Part shown: positions 41,201 to 55,889 of the stretch, piece after piece
How positions within the stretch are numbered: the first letter of the stretch is position 1
Layout of the letters: each line of letters starts with the position of its first letter
NCBI GenBank assembly: GCA_050084985.1
Contig: JBITNC010000002.1
Coordinates: 17,546,001-17,610,000 of the forward strand
Length of the DNA: 64,000 nt
Reading direction: 5' to 3'
From: Nageia nagi
Taxonomy: Eukaryota > Plantae > Pinophyta
Notes under the pieces: generated by a model
Database searches by the model: none
The model's input: the letters and a program-made list of their open reading frames with translations, nothing else
What the model was told of the DNA's origin: nothing
Made by a program: the position numbers and the translations under genes

Positions 41201-44200
41201 ATGATCATGAAGTCAAGCAGTCAAATGAAACATGTGGTCAAGATCCTCCCTTTAATATCATATCTAAAATGGATGGAAAGGCTTTTAAAAGGATATTAAT
41301 TGATGAAGGTTCAATAATAAACATTATCTCAACAACTACCTACAAGAATTTTCATCTTCCATTCTCACATGTTTATGCATCAACCTTGCACTTAAAAGCC
41401 TTTAATGATGCCTTGTGTGCAATAATGGGATCCATTTCATTACCTATTACTGTAGGATCTAAAACAATGCAAATAGTATTGCAAGTAATTAAAGGAGATA
41501 TAACTCAATACAATATCTTTTTAAGGAAACCTTGGATTAGAAACATGTAGTTTGTCCCATCAAATTATCATAACTATTTAAAGTACATTCATAAAGGTGT
41601 GGTGCATTGTGTAGCTGGGGATGAAAATCCTTATTTGCATTATAATAGCACACACCTATCAAAAGAAGTAGCTCTACCATCCACTCATTACTTTATGACA
41701 CCAATATTATCAAAAAACCATCAATTGCAGGAGTGGGTAAAAATAATCCCCCTTTAAATTCTTTGAAATAATAACACATTATTAATCAAGAATTAGCTAA
41801 TATTCAAAATACTAGTGATAATTTACCATCAAAAATAGAACCAACATCTCAAGAAAGACATACATGGGAAGAAAGAGCATGGAAGTTTGATAATTTAAGT
41901 AAAGCTTCTTCATCTAAAATATCTTCCCCTATGGATACATAAGTAAAAAGTAATAGACTATGGTATAGGAGAATTTGGAATTGATGATGTCATTTTTAGT
42001 GTTCCTTTTACCCAAGAAATAGGAAAACCAAAAGAATCCCCTATTGTAGTAGGAAAATTGGTGCCAATAGGGAAAGTCCCAAATCAAACATTATTTATTT
42101 ATAAACATCCTATAGAAGCTCCTATCCTTCCTTTACAATAACCTCATGAGGTGTGTTTTTTGTAACTCGTTAGAATATTTATCACCTTATGTGAAGTCAT
42201 TTGTCTGAAAATATTTTAATAGATGTCAATGGAAAGGACAAGGTTTAGGATAATATGAACAAGGACCTAGATATACAATCAATATTTATTACCAACTACC
42301 CATTGATAAAACAAGATTATGATACAGAAGTAAAAATTGAAAAGAATATAGTCGCAAGATAATTGAATTAGAACCAAAAATATTAAATTTTGAAAAGCCA
42401 TATGAGAGATCCAAAGAGGTAATAAGTCGAGATAATGTGGGATATGAAGCATTATCTTTGGAAATATTATTTCTTGATGATGTATCAAGTAATATGGTTG
42501 AAATCATAAAAATATTTAATGAAGTTCTAGAAAAAAATATGTTTTGAATGGTCCAAGAGTGACAAGTTTGAATCATTAAGTCCATCTAGTTCAAATAGTT
42601 CTTCATCATATGTTTTGGTGTATGAAGATACTGTAGACTTTACATTAATTTTTGAACAACATATAATAAAATACTTTAAAGAGATAGATACCATATTACA
42701 AACCTCATACTTAACTATAAATACCACTCTAGAAAATCAAGATCTAGGTGAAGATGAAGAATATAACATAAAAGATAAAAATTGGATTCCAATACCAAAT
42801 CAGTTGGAAGACGGGTCTTATATGTTAATTGAAGAAACTATTGAAGTTGATTTAAGTGATGATCCTAATAATCCTAAAATCATCCAACTAGAGAAGTCAT
42901 TAACTTAAAATGAAAAATATGAATTTATTTCTATACTTAAATAAAGGAACAAAATATTTGCATGGTCATATGTTGATATGCCTGGATTAGAACCTAACTT
43001 AGTGGTACATAACTTAGGTTAAAGAAGATACTAAACCTTTCAAACAAAAATTGCAAAAAAAGCATCCAACAATAGCATTTATGGTTAAATAAGAATTACA
43101 AAAACTTTTAGAATCCAAATTTATTCATCCCATTGATTATTTTGACTGGATTTCCAACATGGTACCCATTAAAAAGCCAAATAGAAAAATTCACATATGC
43201 ATGAATTTTAGAGACTTGAATAAAGCTTCCCCTAAGGATGATTTCCCACTACCAAACATAAACAATTTGGTTGAATCTACTATAAGACATGAAATGCTCT
43301 CTCTTATGGATAGATTTTCAAGGTATAATCAGATAAAAGTAGCATCAGAAGATCAACATAAAATAGCTTTTACAACACCTTGGGGAACATTTTGCTACAA
43401 AGTAATGCCCTTTGATTTAAAAAATGCAGTAGCCACTTATCAAAGGGAAATAAAGTATATTTTCCATGATTACATGCATGATATTGTGGAAGATTATGTA
43501 GATAAAATATTAGCTAAATCTAAAACTCGAGAAGACCATCCAAAGGTACTCATCAAAATATTTGATAGATTGCTAGAGTATAGTATTCAATTAAATCCTA
43601 AAAAATGAGTTTTTGGGATAAATTCAAGAAAATTATTAGGATTTATTTTTTCTAGGATAGGAATTGAAGTAGATACAAATAAAATAAAAGCAATAGCAAA
43701 CATGCTTTCCCTGTCAAACATAAAAAAATTGCAAAGTTTGTAAGGTAAGCTGCAAACTATAAGATATTTTATTTTTAAGCTATCAAATAAGTGTAAACCA
43801 TTAAATAAGTTGTTAAATAAGGGAATTAAATTCCATTGGTTCAATGAACAATAGGAAGAATTTGATGAAATAAAATGCTATCTTTTATCACCCCCAGTGT
43901 TAGTTCCACCTAAAGAAGGGGAGACATTCCTCTTATATATGTCTGCTACGAAATCAACATTAGGAACTATGCTTGCTCAAAAGAACAAAAGTAATAAAGA
44001 ACAAGCTATATACTACTTTATTCAAACCTTAGTTGGATATAAAATTAAATACATATATTTGGAAAATTATGTTTGGTTGTGGTTTTCGCAACTAAAAAAT
44101 TGAGACAATATATGTTGAATCACACTACATATGTAATTGCTAAAGAAGATCCTTTGAAGTATATGATGAAAAAAACCTACCATAATGCAAGAACATATAA

Positions 44201-46150
44201 ATGGATCATGCATTTAAATGAATTTGATTTGCAATTTATAAACCAAAATTTAATCAAAGGTCAATTCATAGCTTATTATCTCGCAAAAGCACCTTTATCT
44301 AATGATAAACCACTTATCATTGAACTACCAGATGAACATATTTTTCAATTAGATGAGATGGAAATCTTCATGGATTATGAAGAATATTAGGATATGGTGA
44401 TATATTTTGATGGATCAAGATGTAAGAAAAGTGAAGGTGTAGGTGTTGTTTTTGTCACACCTGAAGGAGTTCCTATACCCTATTTCTTTAAACTTAATTT
44501 TTCATGTACAAATAATAATGTTGAGTATGTAGCCCTAATATTAGCTATAAATATAGTTGTGAAATTAAAACTAAAGAAATTTAAATTCATTATTGATTCA
44601 TTGCTAATTGTAAATTAAGTTAAAGGAATATTTCAATGTAAAGAACCTATGTTACAAAAATATAAAAAATTGGTAGATAATTTATTGTTATCATTTGAAA
44701 AATATGATTTAGTAGTACCAAGGTCAACCAATAGATTTGTTGATGCTATGGCCTCAATTGGATCCTTGATGCTAGAAAACCCCCATCAATAAACTATTCA
44801 CATTGAGATAATTCAAATTACTCAATCCTTGTTGGAAATAGATGGAGTAGAACACACGGTTCTTGATATAACAATGAAAGATAAGAATTTATGGCATACC
44901 CAGTTAGTCAAATTCTTAAGATATGGAATCCTACCTATCAATTTAACAAAGTCAGCTAGGAAGGCCTTTAAATTAAAATCTTCTCAATTTGTATGCTAGG
45001 GGATATCCTATATCATTGAGGTTTTGATGGGATATTGCTCATATGCTTAGAATGGGTGGATTTGCAAATTACAATTTCATCCACCCATGATGGAATATGT
45101 GGAGGGCATTTTAGTGGCCCTACAATAATGAAATGAATAATGCATATGGGATATTATTGGCCCATCATAGAACATGATTGCATTGAATATGTTAAAAAAA
45201 TGTATTAAATATCAACAACATAAAGATTTATTTAATCAACCATCACAAGCGTTACAACCCATGCAATCATTCTAGCCATTTTCAAGATGGGCATTAGACT
45301 TAATAGGCTAGATATCCCCTATTTATTCAAGATGACATAAATTTATAATAATAACTAACAAATACTTTACAAAGTGGGTTGAAGTTATGCCTATGATTTA
45401 AACAAAAAGACCAAAGATAGCAGAATTCATAGAACACCATATCATTTGTTGCTTTGGGATTCCTGCTCAAATTATCATTGAAAATAGAAATAATTTTAAA
45501 AATAAGAAAGCATTAGCCTTATGTAAAGGATATCATATTAAAATTAGTTTTTCAATGCCATACTATCCTCAAGTAAATGGACAAGATAAGGTTATGAATA
45601 AAACCATTTGTAGTATTTTAATTAAAATAGTTGATAATTCTCATAGAGATTGGCATGCTAGAATTCCACATGCTTTATGGGCTTATCACACTAGCATTTG
45701 AACTCCTATTGGGGTGACCCCATTTTCCTTAGTTTATGAGTAGAAGTAGTATTAACCATGGAAATAGAAATCCCATCTCTATGAATCATGCTGCAAGACT
45801 ATATCACTGATGAAGCAGCTTGTCAAACAAGATTAGATCAATTATTACTTTTATATGAAAGAAGAGTTAATGAATTAGAACACATGTGTACCTACCACAG
45901 TCACATTAAACAAGCCTTTAATAGAAGAATTAAGATTCATGAATTTAATGTAGAAGATCTAGTATTAAAAGAAAACTAGCAAACTTTGCAAATGGAAAGA
46001 CAACTTCAAGACAAATTTGCTCTTAGTTTGTTAGGACCATACGTAGTTAAAAGAAAATTTGGATCAAGAACATATCAATTAACTACTTGGAAGGTAATGA
46101 AGAACGTGAAATAATAAATGTCACACATCTTTATCCCTTTTATAGTTAGA
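38227..46150 (+). pseudogene. Tat gag-pol polyprotein (disrupted)
   Basis: gag (DPKEHL...LMLCIFPMTLVGQAMDWY ~39900-40137; YCHFHHKKGH ~40635); PR ILIDEGS 41269-41550; RT 43159-43608 (PKDDFPLP, YVDK); RH 43897-44390; archaeal-type RH 44394-44780 (IYFDGS...CTNNNVEY); INT ~45000-46150 (HDGICGGHF, YYPQVNGQ). Confidence 0.93.
42200..42285 (+). other. G-patch motif between protease and RT
   Basis: QWKGQGLG*YEQGPRYTI (tgg at 42230) matches the G-patch G.GLG..EQG...PI pattern. Confidence 0.7.
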
Positions 46151-46295
46151 ATTATTTTATGTTATTTATGTGCATATTGTAAATAATTAAATAGGATAAA
46201 AATCTCACATTGAACTAATACATATAAATGGATTTAACAGATGATAACTAAGAAAATCAAGAATTTGCATGTGCCATTAGAAAGAAAAGGGATAA

Positions 46296-46916
46296 GGTAA
46301 GGGAAATGATTTGAGAAATCTAGATATTTGGGAGATAGAGCCATATCTCGACTTGCTAAGTTTACTTGCCCAAAAGCATGAAATGTTTTTTTGATTACCC
46401 ATTGACATACAAAGAGATTTGGCTTTGCATCATGGTCCAAGTACATATGATGGTTGGAAAATTTTTATTAAAGGAGAAAATATTGAAATTTATCTAGATA
46501 GAGCTATGTATTTTCAAATTTATTATCATTATTATGATCAAGTATATAAAATAAATTTAATATGCTTGTATTGGCATACCATAGCACCCAAAGCTTATTC
46601 TTGATTGTACTTTTAAAGATTGGGTTTTATAGGTTGTATCTCAAAATCCACAAAGTTTATACCTAATCATGAATTGGATGAATCAATTCATGGGAGATTT
46701 ATGCTATCAGATTCTAATATATGACTTTTCTTCCTCATTTGTGCCTAAACCTTGGAAATCAAAAAAACTTAAAAGAAATATAAGTAAATGATTCTCCCAA
46801 AAAAAAATCAAGATTCATATCTTCATCATTTTCTAACTATCATGAAAAAATAGTGATAATAAAAAGGTTAGAAAATTCTAAAAAAGAACATGTCCAAATT
46901 GATTGTGTTAGTCAAA

Positions 46917-46955
<39 letters not shown>

Positions 46956-48780
46956 GAGATATTTACATGCAATTGCTTCGAAAAAACCCAAATGCATTTA
47001 TAGCATATGTTCTTGATTTACCTAGAGAATTGCAAATAGAAATAGCCAAAAAATTCTTTGAGACTCATACATCAAATGCATGGAAATAAAGATAAGTGGT
47101 TTAAAAGTAGCAATTAAAATAAAATCACAAGCAATGTGGATGGAACAAGAAACTGAAATGAGTTTAATATAATGATTCCATTTGCATTGGCCTCATGATA
47201 AACCTAAGATTGTGCTAGATTGCATTGAACATGTCCATCTCAAATTCAAGGGTTATCCTCTTATTCTAACTTCAATCATTGTTGATCAAGTATTGTCATA
47301 CTTTATGTTGTATTTTCCAAAAGATAAAATTGTATATAATTATAGCTCATTGTTTAGCAATAGTTGTTGCCCAAACAATCCCTTGAATGTGAAAGTACAA
47401 TTTGAATGAATCAATCAATGTCTGACTAAAAGAAAATAAATAAAAAATGCTAGAAATATAGATTATTCTAATATCATTTGTAATAAAATTTTTGGTATTT
47501 CAATAGCGGGTCTCATGCCATACTTTCCATCTTGGACTTCTCTGTTACCACCAATTCAACCACCTCCTATTTCTTTGCATCATACTATCCTTTTTTACAC
47601 TTCTTGAAGAATATAATGAAGCCTCAACTTCATCCAAAAAATGCCAGAGTCATCAAGAAATTTAAACCTCAAGCACCAATCATACCCATCATTTTGTATC
47701 CTATTCACTCCCAACCATCTATTTTAGGGCAAGGTCCTATTCACTTTTGATTGTGATCTCCTTACTATTACTTTTTAGATCATGAATGTTGGATTGTTCA
47801 TAGGAAAGCTATTTTTCATCATTACTCAAGGATTATGAATGGTCATTCTCTATGAAAACCATAAAAATAAATAATATTATAAAAATAACAAAAATATCAA
47901 AAAATCCAAAATATAATAAAAATTTATGTTATGTATATATGTATATGTGTTATATATATTGCTTGATATTTTCATACCAATAAGTTATTTTCATGAAAAT
48001 AAAAGCTTTATATATGTTTATATCTTTGAAAAACCTTGGTCAATTTCTAAAAATGGAATATTATATTACAAGTGGTTGACTATAGTATAAAATACTAAAC
48101 ATCATGAATCATCCTCATTGTGCTTATGCACCTACTGATCAAGAAGTTTTTTATCCATATCACATTCCACCTACTCCTTAAGATTTGTATTCACCTTCCA
48201 CCTTATGTTCCTGAGTGACCAAGTAGAAGTTCAATCACAACCATCAAACTTAGACACAAATCACTTTTATGATTTACCTAAGGATTTCCATCTTAAATTC
48301 TTATCCATGATAGCAATGATGAGTCTATTGGATAGGTATAATCGTTCTTATAATTCCTTGAAATATTTCTTTTTGGGTGGAACCCTTTTTTTATCATAAA
48401 CCATGTTGGGAAACTTGCTTCATTCATAATATACTTGATGAAGAATTTCTCCAAGACCTCATTTTCTTGCTTTCTAGACCAAATTTTATGTGGAGAATTA
48501 TGATTAATGCCCATGTTAGTCCACTTGTTTGTAAATTCATTAGATTCTATGGAGCATTGTCCTTACAACCTTAAGAGTATTTTGATGAACTTACTATGGC
48601 TCATATAATATTTTGTAAATATTTTCCATTGGGATTTCATATTTTTTGTCTCTTTCACTCATCAAGCCACTCCTTGGATCATCAACCATCTCATTCGTAC
48701 TCATTCTCATTTTCATCCCACTACTCATAATGAGTTGCAAAAAACCTTTGATTGGCTAGGAGTCCATTATGTATAGATAA
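46296..48780 (+). pseudogene. Cluster of 3-4 sense accessory ORF remnants downstream of integrase; three carry F-box-like LP motifs
   Basis: FF*LPIDIQRDLA (46386-46424), VLDLPRELQIEIAK (47009-47050), FYDLPKDFHLKFLSMIAMMSLL (48265-48330); Pro-rich remnant 47515-47750. Confidence 0.45.
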
Positions 48781-49014
48781 TTATGTATAGGTAGAAGACA
48801 TTTATTAAAAAAAATTCAAAAATTTTATATATATACTCAAAAAATTATTTTTGAAACATCGTGGCTATTGGGTGTGTTGCCCTATATGTCTGCATTATAC
48901 CATTATGTTCATTTTGTCCATCACTGTGAAACTATTAAATGTGAAGCATTACGATTATAGCAACCTACCAAGGTAAGTATGTAAATACCCTATAAATCCA
49001 TCCATAGATAATCC

Positions 49015-49131
<117 letters not shown>

Positions 49132-50029
49132 TATGTGTAAATAAAGGAGTAGTTTATAGGTATACTATTCATATTCTATTTTGTTAAAATATCTTCTTGC
49201 AGTATTTCTAAAACTTTGGATGATAAACAAACATGAACTTATACATTATTAAAATGTTGTGAACTCACACATTCTTACACACTATAAATATTGAAACATT
49301 CAAAGATTTGATGTTCTTGGAGCATAATTTTAAGTAAGTATTTATCCTATTATTTTGCTTCTTCTAGAACCCAAGAGATGGGGAAAAAAAAAAAGATAAG
49401 ATGATCAAAAATAAATAAATAAATAAAAGTAGAATTCTTGGGTGATTAGAGTATTCTCTATTAGGGCTATGGACACCTGATTGTAAATAGAGCAAGGTTG
49501 TAATGGGATCTAGGGGTTAATCTTCATCAAGGCTATGAATGCTTGTTTAGTAGTGAAGTATACCTTATGAAGAGGTGACATGTCCATCCTTTGAGATGGA
49601 CCTCTAGATGTTTCACATGGGCAAATAAAAACATATATCCTATGCTTCTAAAATATTAAATTAGTGAATTATTAAGAGAAGGAAATCAATATCACTACAC
49701 ACATGTGTTCATAATAAACTTAAGAGTGTATTATTACTTTTTTTTATATCATAATTGGTAGAGGAAATTGAAATGAAAGATTATTTGATGAAGTTAGGAT
49801 GAATATATTACTCATTACACTTCTTTATTATATTATATGTCCACTTAATTTCATAATAAGTATATCCCATTATTATAATCTTGGTAGGTTAACTAAGTTG
49901 TCATGTTTAAACATCTAAATAGTCATAACATATATCCATACATACATGTGTGACCATATATATACATACATAGTGTTGTACATTTATACATGTGTGATAA
50001 TATGTATATATACATTCATACTCTCATTA

Positions 50030-52347
50030 GCTTCCCTCACCACCATTGTGACAACTAGAACCACCAAGATCTCAAGTAGGATGCATTTTCCCCATTGAAG
50101 TTGAAGGACTCTCATCTTGACCTGCTTTCCTTAGCTTTGAATAACCTACTGGACATTGAGAAGACACTTTGACAATAGCACTTCAACTTCAAGATGATGT
50201 AGGTATAACATGTCTTCCCTAACTACTAATTATTCCATATGCCCCATTTGTTGAAGTTGTAGGAAGTGCACTAACATTAATTGGAATGTATCTCCTTGGA
50301 GGAAGAGGATAAGGGACACCATCAACAAAAGTTGGAACACCTACCAACCAAGTAGCCATAATGCCCATGTAGTAGTCACTCTCATGGCATATACCCCTAA
50401 TAAATTCTAAATATTGGATCTCAACTCCTACTAAAGTGCTAGCCCTACCTATCTACTACCCTTGAAGAGACTAAACTATTTCCTTGGCCTTATCTCTCTC
50501 TCACCTATATCAATCGCTCACTACCCTAAATCTGTAACAATCTAAGTTAGCTCATGAGCTAACTAAAATTGTAACTCATAAATATCTCTTAGCAAGGCAT
50601 CAATGCTATGAACCTAATGTGGTGGTACCTCCTCACCTCTCAAACCTCCCTCAGAACCTAGGGAAATCTCCTCCTCACCAATAATCCTTGTTGAAACTTC
50701 CAATGTGGCCTCCTTTGGTATAACCTCCATAGGCTCACCTCTAGCCTCCTTGGCCTCACCCTTTGCAACCTCAATGGATTATCACACTCATTATCCCTAA
50801 TCCTTCTCATCTCCCTTGTTCATATCCACCTACCACCAAGCATCAAAAGCTTTTGTAACTCCTACATCATCCTCAATAGACTCCTCCTCCATGACCTCCT
50901 CTTGTGTGGGATCTAGCTCTACATATACTAACACCTGTAACCCATCCATGGAGAGAATATCCTCCCTCTGATACTTGAATAGTAGAGAAGGTATATCTTA
51001 AACCAAACCAAATTGGCACCTAACATGCTCAAAATGAAAGTACTCAAGGAACTTCATCCTCCTACCACTCAAAATGTGAGCTTGATAAATACTAGTCAAC
51101 TCAACAACCAACTCATCCCATACTAGGTACAATCAGTATGGTCTAAACCTCACCTTATCTAGTACCAACTGGGTAAGCATCATCTTATAGAATCTCACAT
51201 CTTTATGAACCCCATCTATCTATTACAAGTAAAAATCCTCCTACCATCTTGTAATGATAGTTGCATACTCATAATGGCTAGCAAAACCTAGAATCGGTAA
51301 CCCTATAGGGTGAGCCACTACAATGTGCTTATAAGCCCATGCTTAAAGAGTCATAATCATTGATAGTGAAGTTAGATAACCCTGAAAGTAAAATAAGACC
51401 TCTCTATAAATTTGGGCCAACAATGTCAATGCCCAAGCATAAATTATGCTATGCTAGACCATGTTTGCAACTATAGATACCAAATACCAAGGAAATATCC
51501 CACTGCCTATATTTGGGAGCACATAACATTAGATCAAACCCATTAGAAAAGAAAAATAAATGGCCCCTTATTGGTCCTCCAACCAATACTAGTAGTATCT
51601 AACACCCCCTAAGCTAATCTCAAATACAATGGTATCTAATCAATCAACACCATAAAGAAATGAAATGGCTAGTATTGTACCATCCCAATCCACCATATGC
51701 TAGATCTATCAACCATGAATGGGAAGATGATATAATTTATAGATATCTTCCACTATGATGGTCATCTCCCCTATGAGGAGATGAAAAGTGGAGGTAGTGG
51801 AATCCCATCTCTCCAAGAGAGATACTAGAAAAGGATACTCCAAATGGATATGACCCATATAGGGTCCTGCACCAAAACCAATAGTCCACAAGAAAGTGTG
51901 GTCTACCATGATCAAGAACTAGCACCCCTCTTTAAGAATGGATGGGTAGCACCTTCTAGGCTCAAAGAGATCTTAGACCTAAAAATAATTACTAGCTAAA
52001 GTTAAAAAAAAATAACTCATGGTCAAACATTGACAATCGGGTGACCATGTCCTAGGATTGTTGGCATCCAATACCCAAATGTTGGTGACCCTATAACCCT
52101 TTTGCTTTGGCTAGCAATCACTACTGGGGGTTTGAAATTTTTTCAAATATGCCAAATAAAACCCAAAATTTGAATTCCAAATGGTTAAAAGTGATCAAAT
52201 TAATTAAATTAATTACCCCATAATTTTCATTTTTAAATTACATGTTAAAAATGAAATATCAAGCAAAAAATTAAAAAGGAGGGTTTTAAACCCTACCTCC
52301 TCTCTAATTTGGCTCTTTCGACTAGCTGGTCTCCTCCTAGGTGGTAT
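50030..52347 (-). pseudogene. Antisense Plant Mobile Domain (aminotransferase-like PMD, PF10536) gene of the Tat element, with one intron (52296-51979)
   Basis: One frame: LLERWDSTTSTFHLLIGEMTIIVEDIYKLYHLP...YAWALTLLAQIYRE...L*AWAYKH...VRFRPY...EYFHFEHVRCQFGLV*DIP...GVTKAFDAWW, then an acidic/coiled tail. Exon 1 (I/M)PPRRRPASRKSQIREE|GTAGGG; acceptor TTTTTAG|GTC in phase 0. 3' end approximate. Confidence 0.88.
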
Positions 52348-55300
52348 TCTAGTTAGCAATAACATCCCAATAAGTAGCAAACATGGGTAGCTAAGTATGT
52401 AGGGACAAAAAGACAAAGTGAGCTCTAACCACTTAGGAAAAGTGAAAATGAAAATAATAGGTAGCTTTTTTATTTTATATGGGTTGAACCCTAAATGTTA
52501 GCAATCCTTTACAGATGTTGGCAACCTGATAGAATCATTGATGATTTATTCATAGTTAAAAAAATATTATGTCAAAGAAAAAATGAAAACAAGTCTTTCT
52601 CTTATTGACTTGGTCAAAGTCAAGTGTCTGAAAAAAATAAAACTCTTGGGTAACTTCGAATACAAAAAATGACCTTTCTTTTAATAGAGAAAAGAAGGAT
52701 GGGTTTGGATATGATTAAAAATGTTGGATGAACTTTTGCATAAGATCATAAAGTAACCCACTTGGTGGGATAAAAGCAGAATGATGAAAACCCTATATTA
52801 ACAAGGTAACTTCTTAATCACATGCTAGCTATGGCATATGTCTGATAGTTAAGCCTCCTCACATATCTGGATAATACAACACAAAAGTATAGTGTTAACT
52901 TCCTAAGTTACATCTTTCAATACAACCCTAATTGCTTTCAAAGCATGTCAAATGTAAAAGAATAAAAAAATGGATTTAATCATAATCTAAACACTTAATT
53001 TCAGCTTCTTCATAAGGAATAAGTTAATTCAAAATCTTGACCCAAGGTCAAGAGTACAAGTCTAAGACTTGAATGCACCCCCTCTTATATAGACTTGGTT
53101 TTTTGAAGTAATCCCACTTATCAAATGTCAATTGCTTCAAAAAAGGGGTAGAATGTAGAGACCCAAAAATAACCCCTCTTTCACTAAAAGAAAGAAGGAA
53201 TAAAAAATAATGAGTGAACATATAGTTTACTTAAGGCAAGTACCCAATCACTGGTGATTCATACCAAATCACTAGCAAATTGATCTAATAATTGGCATCT
53301 GACACCCAATCATCGATGACTATGTAGAAAGAAAAATCAAAATAGAAATAGCAACATTAGAGGCATCTTGGAAAAAATTAAAGGATGATGAGTGAGTCAC
53401 CACTTATCCTATGCATACCTACCTCATATAACACCCATGACTAAGCTAGATAAGCTTTCTTCCTCAATTTTTTGTCCCTAAAAGAGATAACTTTTCTTGT
53501 TAACAAAAATTATAAATAAAAGCCTTCAGCTATGCAGCAACCCCTTGAATTCAAATGCAAGATTAATCTGTTGAAAGGTATACAAGTTTTTTTTGAGTTA
53601 AGTACATTGTCATTTCATTTTTCACATGTTTGTTTATGTTCCTTTCATATTGATTTTATGGTTGTAGATAGGTACATTTGATGAGTTTGTTGTTTATGTG
53701 TGTGCAAGGATATCAAGTTTGGAGCAACTGAACTTGAAGAGTTGAAGAAGATAAAGAAATACAAATTTATTGTAGGTTTTTGAAGATAAATTCTTCAAGC
53801 TTGTAGACATCGAAACTAGGCCTATGAAGGCCTTTATCATTCTTGTGTAAAAATCCCTTTGTATGAGGCAAGAAATCAAAATGGATTCATTATTTGTAAT
53901 CATTTTGAGGTTTATACCAAAGAGAAATAAAGAATTTTGTTGGTTATAACATATCTTATTTTGCATGGTTACAGGGTTACTTTTTGGGTAAACAATTAGT
54001 CTGAAAGAGATGGTAGTGGTGGGCCAAATCCAATAGTATCGATAATTAATGAATAGAAAGACACAACATAGGGGTGGGTATCAACATCATTAAAAGGTGA
54101 TCTTGATTGACATGAATTATGAGAAACCTTTGAGAATACGCACTAGCCATAGATCCCTTCCAATATATGGAAACAAGATGAAAATATGGAGAATGTTGAG
54201 GTTATTAATTAGCCAATTGCTTCAGTGCCATCCATTGTGTCGCCTATAAGCACTCCCTCTCCCATTAATGAATATTAATGCTTTGTGTTTTCATTTTTAA
54301 ATAGAAGCTACATTACTATTTTTAAGTTTTTTTGATGATGATATTTTCATTTTTTGCCACATGGTGGCCATTGGAGTTTCCTTAGTTGTTTCCCACCTGC
54401 TAGTGGTGTGATCGATTGTACTTTTTTTTGATATCATGCTAGGCATGCGGGATGTGTTTATTTCCACCCACTCTCATTTGTTTGATATACTTTTTTTATA
54501 TTATTATAAATATTTATCATTCCAAAAAAAAACTAAGTTTCCTAATGATGTTTTAAAGGATTTAGGTATGAGTTATTTTGCAATTATCATCACATAAATA
54601 GGATATTTGATGAAATATCGTAGTTTTTTTAGAAACATAATTCAATACATGCATGATAAAGGAAATTTTTTATTCAATGATGAAGTCAAAGAAAAGGATA
54701 GTTTTATACATATGCAAAAGAAAAATCTATATACATACAAGAATCTTTTTTCATAATTTGTAAAGCATCAATGATTAGATTTTTACCCCAGTAGAAATAG
54801 AGGTATATGCCTAAAGCTAAGCTTGTATTATATAAAGATGATAAATGGACCATTACTTGGGTTATCTTGCATTATTTTATTTTTATGTTCATTTTTATTT
54901 TAGTTTTCCATGACTTTTTTTATTTTTTATTTTTATTTTTCTTACATATTAAAGGAATCATAAATATATAAAACATTTTAAATAGTGTTATTTATGGAAG
55001 TGTTGATGCAGTATGGTACATCGACATATCATTAGTAATGAATAAATATATAAAATGTAATATATGGATGTATAGATTCTCAAATATGTGGAAAAATAGG
55101 AGTGTTCAATGAATTAAAGGATGCAAATGATATTTGTAAGATAATTTTTATGAATATGAGAATAAAATATATCAGGTGTAAAATGGTTAATATCCTTTTC
55201 CATTCTTGTAATCAAACCATTTTTTTGCATACTAAAATAGTTGTATAAAGTTAATATGTGATAATGGTTGGCATTTATGTTTCACCTTAGGCCATTGTTA

Positions 55301-55889
55301 TATCACATTTTCATTAAAAGGAAAAAAATAATAATTTGGATGATATTCAAGTTTTTCTTATTACAAATTCAAACTTCATATTTGAATTTAGGGTGACAAT
55401 TATAGCCTTTTTATAGACAATACTATTTTAAAATTGTTTACTTGTAAAGTTGTTAAGTTAAAATTGCTATAAGGTAAATGATAGGAGTGAAAATGTATTT
55501 ATTATAAGTTGATTACTTATTGATGTTATTGCATTATATTCAAATATACTCATATAAGTATACAACAAAATTTGGAACAAAATCATTATTTTCATTACAT
55601 AACACAAAAAGGAGTACATGGGTATGTTGCATATAGAAAAAAGGATACAATATTATCCATCTTGCTTAGAATAAATACTCTAATAAAAATAGGGGATCTA
55701 GATCTATATTTCCACTTGTGGGACTTACTTTTGTAGTTTTGTGTGATCATTTATTGGTTTATTTATATAATTTGCTCATTAATCTTTGTGATAGGTTTTT
55801 CCTTCTCCACATTAACATTGAATAACCATATGATGCTTATGCTTCCTTGTATGTTTCTTTTAATTTTCAAATTGTTGATCTTATTATGT

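Noticed and set aside
54035-54216. Possible MITE (tcgataattaatga...ttattaattagcca)
   Set aside because: Inverted match is short and AT-rich, and no TSD was found.
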